Of a stretch of DNA of 64,000 nucleotides, positions 11,601 to 22,537 are shown piece by piece. Position 1 is the stretch's first letter; each line of letters begins with the position of its first letter. Made by a program: the position numbers and the translations under genes. Location of the stretch: positions 38,927-102,926 of the forward strand of contig JAUCBJ010006595.1 of NCBI GenBank assembly GCA_032718475.1, written 5' to 3'. The notes under the pieces were generated by a model, which saw only the letters and a list, made by a program, of their open reading frames with translations, did not search any database and was not told where the DNA came from. The DNA is from Nemertoderma westbladi. Its lineage: Eukaryota; Animalia; Xenacoelomorpha.

Positions 11601-12911
11601 AACGTCGATAGTCAGTTCAAGGACCGCGCGCTGACCAAACTCAGTCTGAGAGACTCAGCTGCGGAGAAACTGAGTAGCGCTGGATTTGCCGTGTTTCAAG
11701 ACGTTTGTATACAGAACTTACATTCATCCGTTATACAAAGACCCCGAATATCTACAGGTTATTCTGTCGTGGAAATACAGACAGTGGGTCCACTTACGGA
11801 GACCGACGCTCCCACTTCGCCTATACAGCTGGAGGATGAACCAGTATGCTTGGAATCAGAAGCGATTCAACCTACAGCTTCCCGGAGCAGTGACAATGAT
11901 TATGTCAAAGAGTGGTATCAAGGTCCACAGCGTCTCACAGCGTACGATTATCGACACGCCAACTACGTTTCTCGAAAACGTTGTCGATTATGCGCATCGA
12001 GAGACCACTTCACTCCTCTAGACTCGAGCGTACCTTGTTCCTATTTCCTCGAACAACCGATGATGGAAATATATTGTGCTTATTGCCGGCTTAATAACTC
12101 TCATATATTTGCCGTCTGCCCACAATTTATGACTCAATGTCACTACTGTCAACTTAAAGGACATGAAAGTTACAATTGTCCCTTTAATCGCGATTTAGAG
12201 AGCGTAGACGAGATGATCACCCTGCGATACATCCGAGCTTGGGAAGCGAACGCCGATTTACATTGCGAATCCCGACATCGCTATTACCCTGGACGAGCTT
12301 ACGAGGGAGTTTACGCGTTCCATCCTTATCTATTCGCGTCGATTGAACAGAAAACACGCGTACCAAGTTACGAGTTAATGAAGCGTGTTGGTGAGTGTAT
12401 TTCCACCAAGTTTGTCAGGAAATACCTTAGAAACGTTAACCCTAATGATATAACCACATATCACCTGATCAATTTTATCCGTCAGGACCCTGAGTATGGC
12501 GACATCTTTGTGAACTCGCATCCTGAACTACAGGAAATATCTCGGCGACCATATGAATATCGAACCCGAGAACGCGAGCTGGAGAGAACCATTAAACCGA
12601 GAAAGTTCCTCACCACTCACGGTCCACCCACCGCTAGTGTCCAGACGACCCGTCAAGGACCCGTAGGAGCTGCTGTCCTGAGACGCGCTCTAAAGGCCGT
12701 TAGACCTCGCTCCACTGAGGTTGATATTATTCAACCAGGTACTTCGACCGGCGGGTATACCGATCGTAACCCTGCGCCTTCTGATGCAATTATATTGCAC
12801 CCTTCGCCTAGGAGCTACAGCCCTCCTTGTAAAGTGGCTCGCCCCAAAGAGAAAAGGACTCTTGCTAGCTTTAAAAAACTGCGTAAACGCCGTCCGCGCA
12901 AGAAAGACTAA
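8658..12911 (+). CDS. Retrotransposon ORF3, 1417 aa: putative DEDDy 3'-5' exonuclease domain plus CCHC zinc knuckles
   Basis: Intact ORF inside the element. ExoI-like VVTYDNEG (~10797-10820), ExoII-like ILKIGSAVYGDL (~11082-11117), FVDTQ, ExoIII-like LAIYTIFE (~11427-11450). Canonical knuckle CHYCQLKGHESYNC (12138-12179); basic tail KKLRKRRPRKKD. The ORF is certain; the domain call rests on motif recognition only. Confidence 0.8.
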   Translation: MTELIEDDLGIRERYILPLQAFVDSLIRGDADPTTTEDDGRYIEPPMSQEQLTRELDYRKFTARYTHRNGTYMDFLTTGHPIDLHDTDDVDTEREMVLFKYHTQRSRNDKSRIEHENSIRNKLEREDVEEPDKRSGFNEYLEFLRETYLNVASQQNLETRYPQGIHPDPIMELKRLYFTMMYLTADRPLPVVPDSFEQMEEYCKTGERSPAFPLQDMRLWYYCDECPRPNQQIERHKHPRRRCAKHSFTRYTYGSFERNLFDVSPTVARLKRSLNKPMIRVPEYSVRPPHSQVIPQTLDPNSITDPPELYSLFKDLVLPEQLIGGTPVVGSLDIRQPYLAGLGRGHLISPFNPYNRPGLPPIQPVTEVEESVIRNALDAIRQKIGKGTYDCLEKRKLQQQVQAVKELALPQFDREIQNLEEDIERGRTYSLQEFLDERLQQQAEENQLEERHIELTEREEAALAQPEAQILVTDLYSKTILHPSMVPHFKDKLFATVQPQPVNTDLRSHELVADAPMLQRPPVEAARVDGVLVEPPDNRADLVRRMVHDVNIRARPLLDSFYGIKDHPYYVHLKQYYMVKPEDPTHSLKFLPLINPLDLVELEQLQKHLDQLVKLNSFRKPYNISRIEKEILPPYNLDGFIKTRLVHWNLDVLFEEERIKRYGDVETYTTQCLKYRDLPNASECATLWHPVGMTLENATKEWNETLNVIEMYGVVTYDNEGSVPVGELGTTRMIHIRGLAGSTHVFTRACSDVIDYSFETLTETQKKLRHGQFELAQRYVTDTERKPAMGIDGSMLPQPVLEMLFNERILKIGSAVYGDLQNDFRNMENIPYPFVDTQLIAPWAEGRGFFRTMYANTPSDITKVQRTSIGHLAFQEYGWNFKVENPINYQQVYGDHYSRLYFDGPLTAPGAVYSFMSVPLRPSLAIYTIFENAALAGWLADVCSRTIRAHPLILGTKLAKLDEHNKFIRFECFRRFLTPFRNVDSQFKDRALTKLSLRDSAAEKLSSAGFAVFQDVCIQNLHSSVIQRPRISTGYSVVEIQTVGPLTETDAPTSPIQLEDEPVCLESEAIQPTASRSSDNDYVKEWYQGPQRLTAYDYRHANYVSRKRCRLCASRDHFTPLDSSVPCSYFLEQPMMEIYCAYCRLNNSHIFAVCPQFMTQCHYCQLKGHESYNCPFNRDLESVDEMITLRYIRAWEANADLHCESRHRYYPGRAYEGVYAFHPYLFASIEQKTRVPSYELMKRVGECISTKFVRKYLRNVNPNDITTYHLINFIRQDPEYGDIFVNSHPELQEISRRPYEYRTRERELERTIKPRKFLTTHGPPTASVQTTRQGPVGAAVLRRALKAVRPRSTEVDIIQPGTSTGGYTDRNPAPSDAIILHPSPRSYSPPCKVARPKEKRTLASFKKLRKRRPRKKD

Positions 12912-12989
12912 CTGTTTAGAGTATTTATGTATATTAGAAATTGTGATTTTGTATATTTTATAGACTTAAATCCCATTTTCTGGGAGCGG

Positions 12990-14157
12990 TGTAAAAGCTT
13001 TTGTGGGATAACTGATTCGTTTGCCTTGCTAACCAGTTCCCCCCAGGCGCTAGAATACTCTAAAAAGGGATCTATAACTCGAATAGCGCAAGCTACCGGC
13101 TGATTGGCTGATTCGCTGTGCGAAGGGATCTGGGCTACGTTTGATTGTCCAACCAGCTTGGGAAAGTTGCCCCACAGCCCTGCTTCTGTATCTGCCAATA
13201 GGATTTGAGTTGATTTTGATTTCGACCTATCACAGATCTACTGAACTGAATTTTCCTATCTGTATGCTCTTTCTCTGTGTTGGGTGGAAGCCTTTGTAAA
13301 TAAGGTTATTCTTATCAGTTTTCAGTGTTGTTGGTCTTTCTTTCCTGAGCCAGGAGAGAACGGCTTGGAAATATTTTGTGCTTTTCTGTTTTAGTCTAAC
13401 ACTAGTAGGCTTAATTATAAGGACATATATCCGTTATCACAAACTAATGAACGTAACACACACTGAATCACTGTGCATACTTTTATATTGTTATACTGCT
13501 ATTTACTGTCAGTTCTTCATAATATGGTTGATGAATTATTATATTTGGAATAACGATAAATAACCCCGAAACCCAATATTCTTGATATACCGAAGGTAAG
13601 AGAGAAAGGTTACATATAACGATTGTGACTTATGTTAAAGTGGTTTGAAGTGAATCTAATGTTATTTGATAGACCCTACATGAGTCGGTCCGTGTTCCTT
13701 TTATATATAACTAAAATCAGTGAAGATCGGCAGATCAGTGTGCAGTATTGTGCAGCATTGTGTATGAATGAGACTGATAACGAAGCATTTCCTAAAGAAT
13801 GCGCCATATATGTGAATTATAACTAAGCCATATCGTTGTGAGTAGTTTAAGTCATAACTCTGTTTGTATAGATAAAGCGCCACGTCCTAAAGGAACTGTT
13901 AATATTCCCCGAAGGTGAATAATATTGTCAGAGATTATATAATACTGTCAGTCGAATAATACATTAGGCTTACATAGCAATAAAATTAAGCCGTCGAACC
14001 CAATCTCCCGGGTATATCCAGCGGGTGAATGATCGCGCACAGATTGGTTTGACTAGTGTAGTGAATTAAATACTTGTCATAGGCTAAAGGTGATTTATTA
14101 TCTGGAAGACATCCTAATTTGGCGGGTTAAACTGCCAAAGGTCTAAAAGCGCGAACA
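12990..14157 (+). repeat. 3' LTR of copy A (~1.17 kb)
   Basis: Starts TGTAAAAGCTTTT after GGGAGCGG and ends AAAGCGCGAACA. Both termini are shared with the LTRs at 21306-22459 and 38388-39553; the start is also shared with 63148. Confidence 0.9.
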
Positions 14158-14160
14158 ATC

Positions 14161-17100
14161 GGATCAAGGATGGAAGAAGTGGTTTATCCTGACCCACTTT
14201 TAATTCTTCCAGGGGCAGTGCTCACTAGAGTACTTATAGCCGTAGAAGAACATCAAGCGGACTGGATGAAAAATAAGAGATCGACCAGGGACAGTTATGC
14301 CAGATACCCGCTGGAAGAACTAAGGTCTATAGTAGAGACTCAATGGAACTTCCCCGGACCCGGACTCCCGTTTAACTTATCGGAAGCTGCCTGGGAAGAC
14401 TTATATCAAATGGGCGTAGTTAGAGACACCCGAGATCCCGCTGTATGGAAGAGGTCAGCAGCCGGATATATCCAGGGATTCTTCAACTCCTTGGGATGAG
14501 TAGAAGCACAGTTATTCCAACAACAACAGGGACCTCAAGAGCAGGGAGAACTGCTTTACCAAGTGAGAGAACGTATATTGAGGATCAGATTAATCCTTTC
14601 AGCCTTTGAAGAGGCCTCGAAGAGAAGTAGTAGAGAAGAGAATACATCACTGTAGGTGGCAGTAAAGACTTGGTTCCAACGAGTGAATGCTAAAGTCCAG
14701 GGAACAACACGATGGAAGGCTCAGTTAACGGAACGAATAGCCTGTGGAGAATCAACCGATCAACCGAAGGATGCTATTGACATTTATCTGTCGGATTATC
14801 AACAATTGATAGGTGACAAGGAGCTAAGGAAACGCCTAGCTGGACTTCACCCCAATAGTGAAGAAGCCAAATTCATTTTAGCCTCCTTAGATGTGGAGAT
14901 ATTAACTGCGGAGCAGGCTAACCGAGCTGCAACCGCGGAAGGTGAATTAAAAGCTGCAGCGGCGGAAGTTGAAAAAAGGGCAGTGGCTGCAGCGGCAGAA
15001 GCTGATAGAAAAGCGGCAGCGGCAGCGGCAGCGGCAGCGGCAGCGGCAGCGGCAGCGGCAGCGGCAGCGGCAGCGGCAGCGGCAGCGGCAGAAGTTAACC
15101 AAAAGGTGGTGGCATCAGAAGTAGAACGTAAAGCTGCCACAGTAGAAGCTGAATGGAGGGCAGCTGAAGCAAAAGTACAACTAGAGTTGGAGAGCATTCA
15201 GGCGAGACAAGATTACTTAAATAAACAAAGGGCAGCCGCAACTACTGAGTCAATCTACTCCCAGAAGACATGGATTTACCTCCTCAGATGAAGGTACTAC
15301 TACTGATTCCGAGTGTAAAGGTAACCAAGATCGTTCAAACGGACGTAGAAGAGCGCCCCAAAGACATAAGTTGCCTAACTTACCCCTATGGTGAGAAGGG
15401 AACTAGCTAATGTAGACTTAAGTAATAGAGAGTCAACAGCCCAAATTATAAGAGTAGAAAGACTCCCTACTATAGTAGATGAGCCAGAAATAATTAGGCC
15501 TCTTAGCGAAGCCACTCCTTTAATAGAGACTCCTTTAAGCACAGAACACAACTCTAAATTCCCTTTGCATAGTAACAAACTACCCTTGTCCAGTAGACAA
15601 CCGCCCGAATCTCGGACTGTTATTGACACCGAGCAAGATATAATAACCGGACTGTCCCCGGTCGTCCCGATGTGCCATCCAGCTACGAAGTTGGCGGCTC
15701 CCGCACCCAGTGAATGGAGGAAGGATGACGGGGATGGAAGAATTGCTCGGGAAATTGGAGGAAAACAAAATCCAGTCCTCTAAACAAGTCCAAGAATTGG
15801 AAGGGACTGTTAAACTGTTAAAGGGAACAGTAAGAGAGAGTAAATTAGAGCGGCAAGAAGTACAGCAACAGATCGCTCTCGAATGCGATAAATTAGTATA
15901 TATACAAATTATATACAAATGGGTATACCACCACCCTCTGTAACAATGTGTCAGCCCATTACGTCTGAAGTATTTCATGCGCAAGGTGTGGAGCCTACAC
16001 ACATCTATAGTGCTAGTGAAGTAGAAACTCCTATAGTAAACCCTATTAAGAGTATTAATAAGCCTGTCGATAATGATATCCCATACCGATCTGATAATAA
16101 TCCGAGAAATTTATATACTGATAATTTGATATTAAATAGTACGATGGCTCAAGAAAGCTTCATACATCAGATGGCTAGAACAGAAGCCCGTAAAGCGGTA
16201 AAGGTGCGAGAGGTCGTCAAGTGTAATGGAGATGAGATGAAGTGGTTACCTTTTAATGAATATTATAAGGATAACATACAAAACTATGTACTATCCAGTG
16301 GAGAGAAATTACGATTCCTCATTGAGTGCTTGGAAGGACCTCCCAAGTTAATGGCGTTAAAGTTTATTGGACATCCGGACGGATTGAGACAAGTTTGGGA
16401 TACACTTAACATCAGGTATGGTAATAGGACTAACATAGCTAGATATCTGTATGTGAAATTAGTAGCGCCCAGAAAATTTCTTAGCAGCGGGATTATAGAG
16501 TTTTCCGATGAAATTCAGGAGATCTGTAGACAGTTAGACTGGTTAGGTAAGTCTCATGAATACCAGATTTCTATGGTTGTAGGAGCCATAGCATCAACTT
16601 TGCCAAAGGGCGGAGTAGGTACTCGCTGGGACAAAAAGGTTCTCTATTTGATGGACCAACAACATAGAGATCCAACCATGGCTGACCTTATGTCGTTCTT
16701 AAACAGAGAGGTAAGACTACAGCTCATAAAACAGTCTAGAGAGAAGACTCCGAAAACCAAGGTAAGTAAAAAACCCATTACTAGGAGAAAGGTAACACAA
16801 GTGTGTTATACGGATGATTATGAAAGTCAAACGTCTTATGACGAAAATAGTGGCAGAGACACCGTAAGATCTTATTACACGAATAAAGTCAAGAAAGATG
16901 TAAGTAAACCTAAGGCTTGAACCAGTGGCAAGAGAGAACAGATAACAACTCCCCCTACGTCTCCCAAGAGAATTCCTGGTAGGAAGCCTGAAGAAAGAGC
17001 TAGCGTACAAAATACAAAGCAAGTTAAGATAAGTAACATCAAACCTAAGTGTGTATTGTGCGACGGGCCACATCGCTTGAGTGGGTGTGAGGAATTCTTG

Positions 17101-20100
17101 AAGAAAGAATTAAAGGACAGACGTGATGACATCAAAGGAAAACCTGTTACTCAGCCGTGAGGTGTGCTAAGTGTGGAGCGAAACATCATATCTTACTACA
17201 CACCAAGTTTGATAAGGTACCGGTAAGTGAGCCCGAACTACATGTACAATTCAGTGATGTGAACAACACTGACCATAGTTCGGAGATGGAAGGATTCTAT
17301 ACAGATGAATTTTCAGACGAAAATGAATCTTGTTATATGATCAACACAACTGTATATCGAGCCCTTACATATGAGACAGAATCAGAGGGAGAAGAACACC
17401 AACTATCTATTCCGGATTGACAGCTTTCATGGAAAGTTTCGACAACATCCGTCGGCATCTGAGAGTTCCCAGTGGTGCAACTAAGAGTACATGGACAAGG
17501 TAAGAGCTTAATAGTGAATGCCCTCCTTGACTCTGGTAGTATAGACACCTTCATTGATAAGGGCCTGGCCGAAGATATCTTTGCTGGTCAACCAAGGTTC
17601 CGAACCAAACTGAACCTTTCTGGGATTATGCAGGTTTAGAAATCTACAGTATCCACGGACTTTTATGTTGGATCGTTGTCCACTCCCCAAGATGAACTAG
17701 ATGAGAATAGTGTAAGGTCAGTTAAAATGGTGGCAATAAAGAACTTTGCCACTAGCCAAGTAGAGCCTTACAACTGGGATGAAGACCATTTTACCCAGCA
17801 ATACAACATACCTAGATTCAGAACAGATTACCCAGGGGTACAGATACTGCTCGGCCAGAATGCGCACGAAGCGCTTGAGACCCTAGAGAAACGGCCTGCT
17901 CGATCACGACCACTACAAACCTACGCGGGAAGAACGAGAGTAGGTTGGTATTTCACGGGACCTTCCCACAGGACTTTGCAGGAAAGATCGAAGGGAGAGC
18001 AAGTCCACCAGGTAAGTGAGTGTGAGGAAGCCGTGAGCGAAGAGGATATCCCAGCTGAGGAAACTCTATGCTCCTCAGACAACGACGACATCCAGATTTT
18101 ATATGACGAGGAGAATACCATTGAACTCCTCACTGAGAATCAAACTTGGTCAAACCAAGTTAATTTGTATAACCTCATCTGTGAAAACAACGGACTATTA
18201 ACTTACGACCACAAACTCAATGAGGTGGTAGAGCGATATAATGATAAGATACGCGATGAACACGCGGTACGATTCTTTACTCAAGAAGCTGTAGAGCCTA
18301 ATTCCTACGACAAAGCGTTATCCGTCGAGGAAGAGAGAGCTAAGCAAATTCAAGAAATGACTACTCGTTATCTTAAGTAATAACTAATGAAGTCTGTCAG
18401 TTCAGCGTCTTTGTTACCAACAGAGTAGCTATTATACTCAGTCGCACTAATATAGATCAATGGAGACATTGCCCTGGGAAGATTAATCCAGCAGATATCG
18501 CTTCCAGAGGAGCAACTCCTCAAGAACTGATAGACACTCCGGATTGGTTAGGTGGCCCCGACTTCCTAGTTAAAGAAGAGGAGGAATGGCCCCTCATCTC
18601 ACCACCGCGGAGATCAGACAAGGCAAGTGAGCAGAGAAAGTCAAACCGAAAACCCGGATGAGTAAATCAAAGCTGTTTAAGCCAGCGATAGATCTGTCTG
18701 TGCTACACACCACCGGTAATGCCACAGTGGATCCGAATCCACCCATGGATGTTACTCGAACCATAAATAAATCCGTCATAGAAATAAGGGAAAGAGATTG
18801 GAAATCTGGAACACCAGACGTCTCACAAGGACTCTCTCCTCTCATCCAAAGAGCGATGGCTCATTATAGCTCCTGGAATCGGATTTGCAAGGCCATTGTG
18901 TATTTAAAACGATGTTTTCATCATCACTATTCCAGGACAAAGATCGCTAATGATGCCACCTCAGTAGTAGCTGAAAAGGTCCACGCTACCAAAGACCTTC
19001 CCACTTATCGGCTGCCTGATAGGTTTCTGACTGAGAAGATCAGTTACCAAGAAAGGACATAATGATGCCAACAAGCAGATACTGAGACTCCTGCAATGTT
19101 ACGATAATTCCGAAAAGTATTTCCTGTTGTTGAGAAATCCACAGATGCGCTTAAGTGATCCTTTCTCTAGCACAATGATAGATGGGCTAATACGTGTCGG
19201 AGGGAGATTAACCAATGCTCCATTGTCCTTTGACACTAAGTTTCCCATACTCATTAGAAATCTTGAAATACAAATCAAGATGATTGTAGATGTTCATAGT
19301 AAACTTTACCACGCTGGTAGAGAACGAGTTCTTAGCAAAATTCGAGCTCGCTATTATTTCCATAAGCCCTGTAGAACTCTAAACCAAGTTCTTAGGAACT
19401 GTATACCCTGTAGGAAAGCATTTAGTAGGCCTTTAATACAGCGAGAGGCAGAATTACCTAGGGAACGAGTAAGCTGTTATGAACCACCCTTTACCAATAC
19501 TGGTGTGGATTTATTTGGCCCTATTGAAGTATATCGTGCTAGGACTATAGTCCAGCGATGGTGCGTCATCTTTGTTTGTATGACTTGTAGAGCGATCCAT
19601 CTTGATATGGTGAACGATCTATCTACCAACAGCTTCATACTGAGTTTACGCCGACAATTCGCTCGTTTTGGAACTAGCAACACTATATGATCTGTCAAAG
19701 GTACTAATTTCATTGGCGCCAATAACGACATTAAAGCTTACGTAAACGATTGGAACCAAAGACAGGTGGACGATCAGCTAAGAGTAACAGCATTTAGGTG
19801 GACCTTCAATGCCGCTGATGCCCCTTGGTGGGGAGGAAGTTGGGAGAGACTCATACGTAGCGCAAAGACCGCATTTCACTTTATAGTGCCGTGCCGCGCG
19901 TATCTCACCGACAAACTTTTGTGGATGTTAATGGAGGAAATCGCCACCTATCTCAACGAGAGACCGCTTATGCCAGTCTCATCGAGTCCAGACTCCCTAG
20001 AAGCGCTAACACCCGCGCATTTCCTACTAAAAAAAACTTGGAGCCATGCTCCCGCAGTCGGAAATAACAGACGGAGACAAGTACTGGCAACAAACTTGGC

Positions 20101-20507
20101 AACTTATGCAGTTATTATCCCATCATTTCTCTGACCATTTTGAAAAATATTACCTTCCTACGCTACAACTTCGAACCAAGTGGTTTGCGCAGCATGAAAA
20201 CGTCAGCGCCGGAGACATGGTCATTATTGTGGAATCAGATCTTCCCCGTAAGAGGTGGCGCACAGGTCGTAACATCGAGACTCATATATCCAATGATGGT
20301 GTAGTGAGATCGGTGGAACTCGTCGTCATGCGACGTAACTTCAAGAAACCTGGAATTGTGTTCGAAACTCAACAACTTAATCGCCCGGTTGGTCATTTAT
20401 GTTTATTGGAAAGAGACCGAGAGTTGTCCGGTAACTATGAAAAACAAGAGACTCTTCCCACGACCACCTCCCTAATCCAACAAACATCTATGGACTCCCC
20501 AACGTAA
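14161..20507 (+). pseudogene. Degraded gag-pol of copy B
   Basis: ORF fragments are homologous to A and C, with many stops and frameshifts. About 1.4 kb covering RT and most of RNase H is deleted near 18378 (YLK joined to ITNEVCQ). Confidence 0.9.
15013..15090 (+). repeat. (GCGGCA)13 microsatellite encoding poly-Ala in gag of copy B
   Basis: Perfect hexamer run within the Ala/Glu/Lys-rich segment of gag. Confidence 0.95.
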
Positions 20508-21305
20508 CAGCGTTTGGAATGGGTGTGTGACTACATTATTTGATTTGTTTATTTTATATTTATGTACGCATTATTATGTAATTTATATTACTATGATCGT
20601 TTTCTTTAATTTTATTTAGTAGAATAATATTTTAACGATTATTTAGTAGATTAGTGCAATATATTTCGTATTTTATTACTTAATTACTTAGTATAATATA
20701 TTTCGTTAACGGCGAGAAATAATTTTGTTTTCTCTTTCCTTACTGTCCGTATCCTACTATAAATATGTGACTATAGTAAGATGAAAAGTCAGTACTTATT
20801 AAAGTACAAAATACCGCTCCTACTATACTTAGGTATTATTGGTAAAGTAGAGTATTAGGAATGCAAAGTTCAGATCCTCGTGTCTCAGCTAAACCAAGCT
20901 CTGGGTAGACCTTGGAAACGACTTGCCTCTTCTCACTGACATTGCTTCTTGCAATATTGCTCTCATACCGTATCTTAAATAATACATATAGTAGAAAGAT
21001 GTCCATTTAACAGTAGCACAGTCAAAGTAAATCTGTTAAAAACTTTGACCCATAAATCTGTTAAACCCTTTGACCATCTGAAATTCTAGTCGATTAAGAT
21101 ATCGCAACACCTACCGATATACTTGAAAGAACAAATTCTAGAATCAGTGGTTAACGTCCCCAGACATGTTCTGGAATAAATCGGTGCCCATCCTAAATAT
21201 TAACTATTTGTTAAATATTCACAACGTTTGATATAACAAATGTTAAAGGAAATAGGAAAAATCTGTTAAACCCTTAGATCCTTGAAAGATCTAGTCGATT
21301 GAGAT

Positions 21306-22459
21306 TGTTCGCGCTTTCAGACCTTTAGCAGTTTAACCTGCCAAATTAGGATGTCTTCTAGATAATAGATAGTCTTTAGCCTACGACAAATATTTGATAC
21401 ACTACATTAGCCGAAACCAGTCTATGCGCGATCATTCACCCGCTGGATATACCCGGAAGACTGGATTCGGAAGCCTAATCGTATTGCGGGATAGGCCTAC
21501 TGTATTATTCGACTGATCTTAGTATATATAATCTCTGACAAATATTATTCACTTTCGGGAAATATTAACAGTTCCTTTAGGACGTGGCGCTTTAAATATA
21601 TAAACAGAGTTATGACTTAAACCAGACACAACGGGATGGCTATAGATTCTCGTATATGGCGCATTCTTTAGGAGATGCTTCGTTATCAATCACAGTCATA
21701 CACAATACTGCACAATGCTGCACACTAATCTGCCGACCTTCACTAATTTTAGTCACATATAAGGAGAACAACAGACAATACGTGTAGGGCCTATAAAATA
21801 GCATTAGATTCACTTCAAACCACTTAATGTAAGTCGCAATCGTTATATGTATCCGGTCTCTCTAACCTTTAGTATATCAAGAAGATTGGGGTGTCTGATT
21901 GTTTATCAGTATTCCAAATATAATATTACATCAACAAATATAATGAATAACCGACAGCAAAGCAGTAATGTTAAGTTATGAATGATTATGAGTGACTGAG
22001 TGAGATATGATCAGTGAGATAACGGATATACATTCTATAATTAACCCTACTAATGTTGAACTAAAGACTGAAACACGGAGGTTCCACGCCGGTGTTGTAG
22101 GCTGTGGAAAAATCACATACTGACTCAACTCCAAGAGTTTCTATCTACCATCTAACACAGAGGCAAAAAACGCTCTGATTGGTCGACCGATCAAAGAGAG
22201 AACAAAGAACAAAGAGATGTTCTACGTGGCAATATCAGCTGTTAGCCGTCGTCATGGTAGCTACACTGTTTCAAGAGGATCCGGCTTATTGCGTCATAAA
22301 ATTGCGGATTATGTCCGCTAAAGTACACATACAGAAGAAATTACTTTTATGTCCTCTAAAACAACAATACAGTAAGGACACAGCCTTTTATGCCTGGTAA
22401 ACCAACTACAGAGTACTTTACGGGGAAAATAACCGGCTAATTACGCAAAAGCCTTTACA
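21306..22459 (-). repeat. 3' LTR of copy C
   Basis: Minus strand reads TGTAAAGGCTTTT...AAAGCGCGAACA, preceded by TCCCATTTTCTGGGAGCGG as in copy A. Confidence 0.9.
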
Positions 22460-22537
22460 CCGCTCCCAGAAAATGGGATTTTAGTCTATAAAATATAACA
22501 AATCACAGTTTCTAAAATATAAAAATACTCTAAACAG

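Larger units (their letters stand above)
1..14157 (+). mobile_element. BEL/Pao LTR retrotransposon, copy A (5' LTR lies upstream of the window)
   Basis: Order is 5' UTR, gag-pol, spacer, ORF3, purine tract, LTR. Bases 1-685 match the reverse complement of the copy C 5' UTR (~36345-37183). Confidence 0.93.
14158..21305 (+). mobile_element. BEL/Pao copy B, decayed; begins inside gag and ends inside the spacer
   Basis: Begins inside gag (GSRMEEVVYPDP) directly after the LTR of A, and ends inside spacer hairpin 2 directly at the LTR of C. Confidence 0.9.

Noticed and set aside
11981-12181. Nanos-type zinc finger in ORF3
   Set aside because: The spacing fits CX2CX4-5HX4C knuckles, not the Nanos CX2CX12HX10C pattern.
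8658-12911. ORF3 as an envelope glycoprotein or an inserted host gene
   Set aside because: No signal peptide or C-terminal membrane anchor. It sits at the same position inside two element copies, just before the PPT and LTR.
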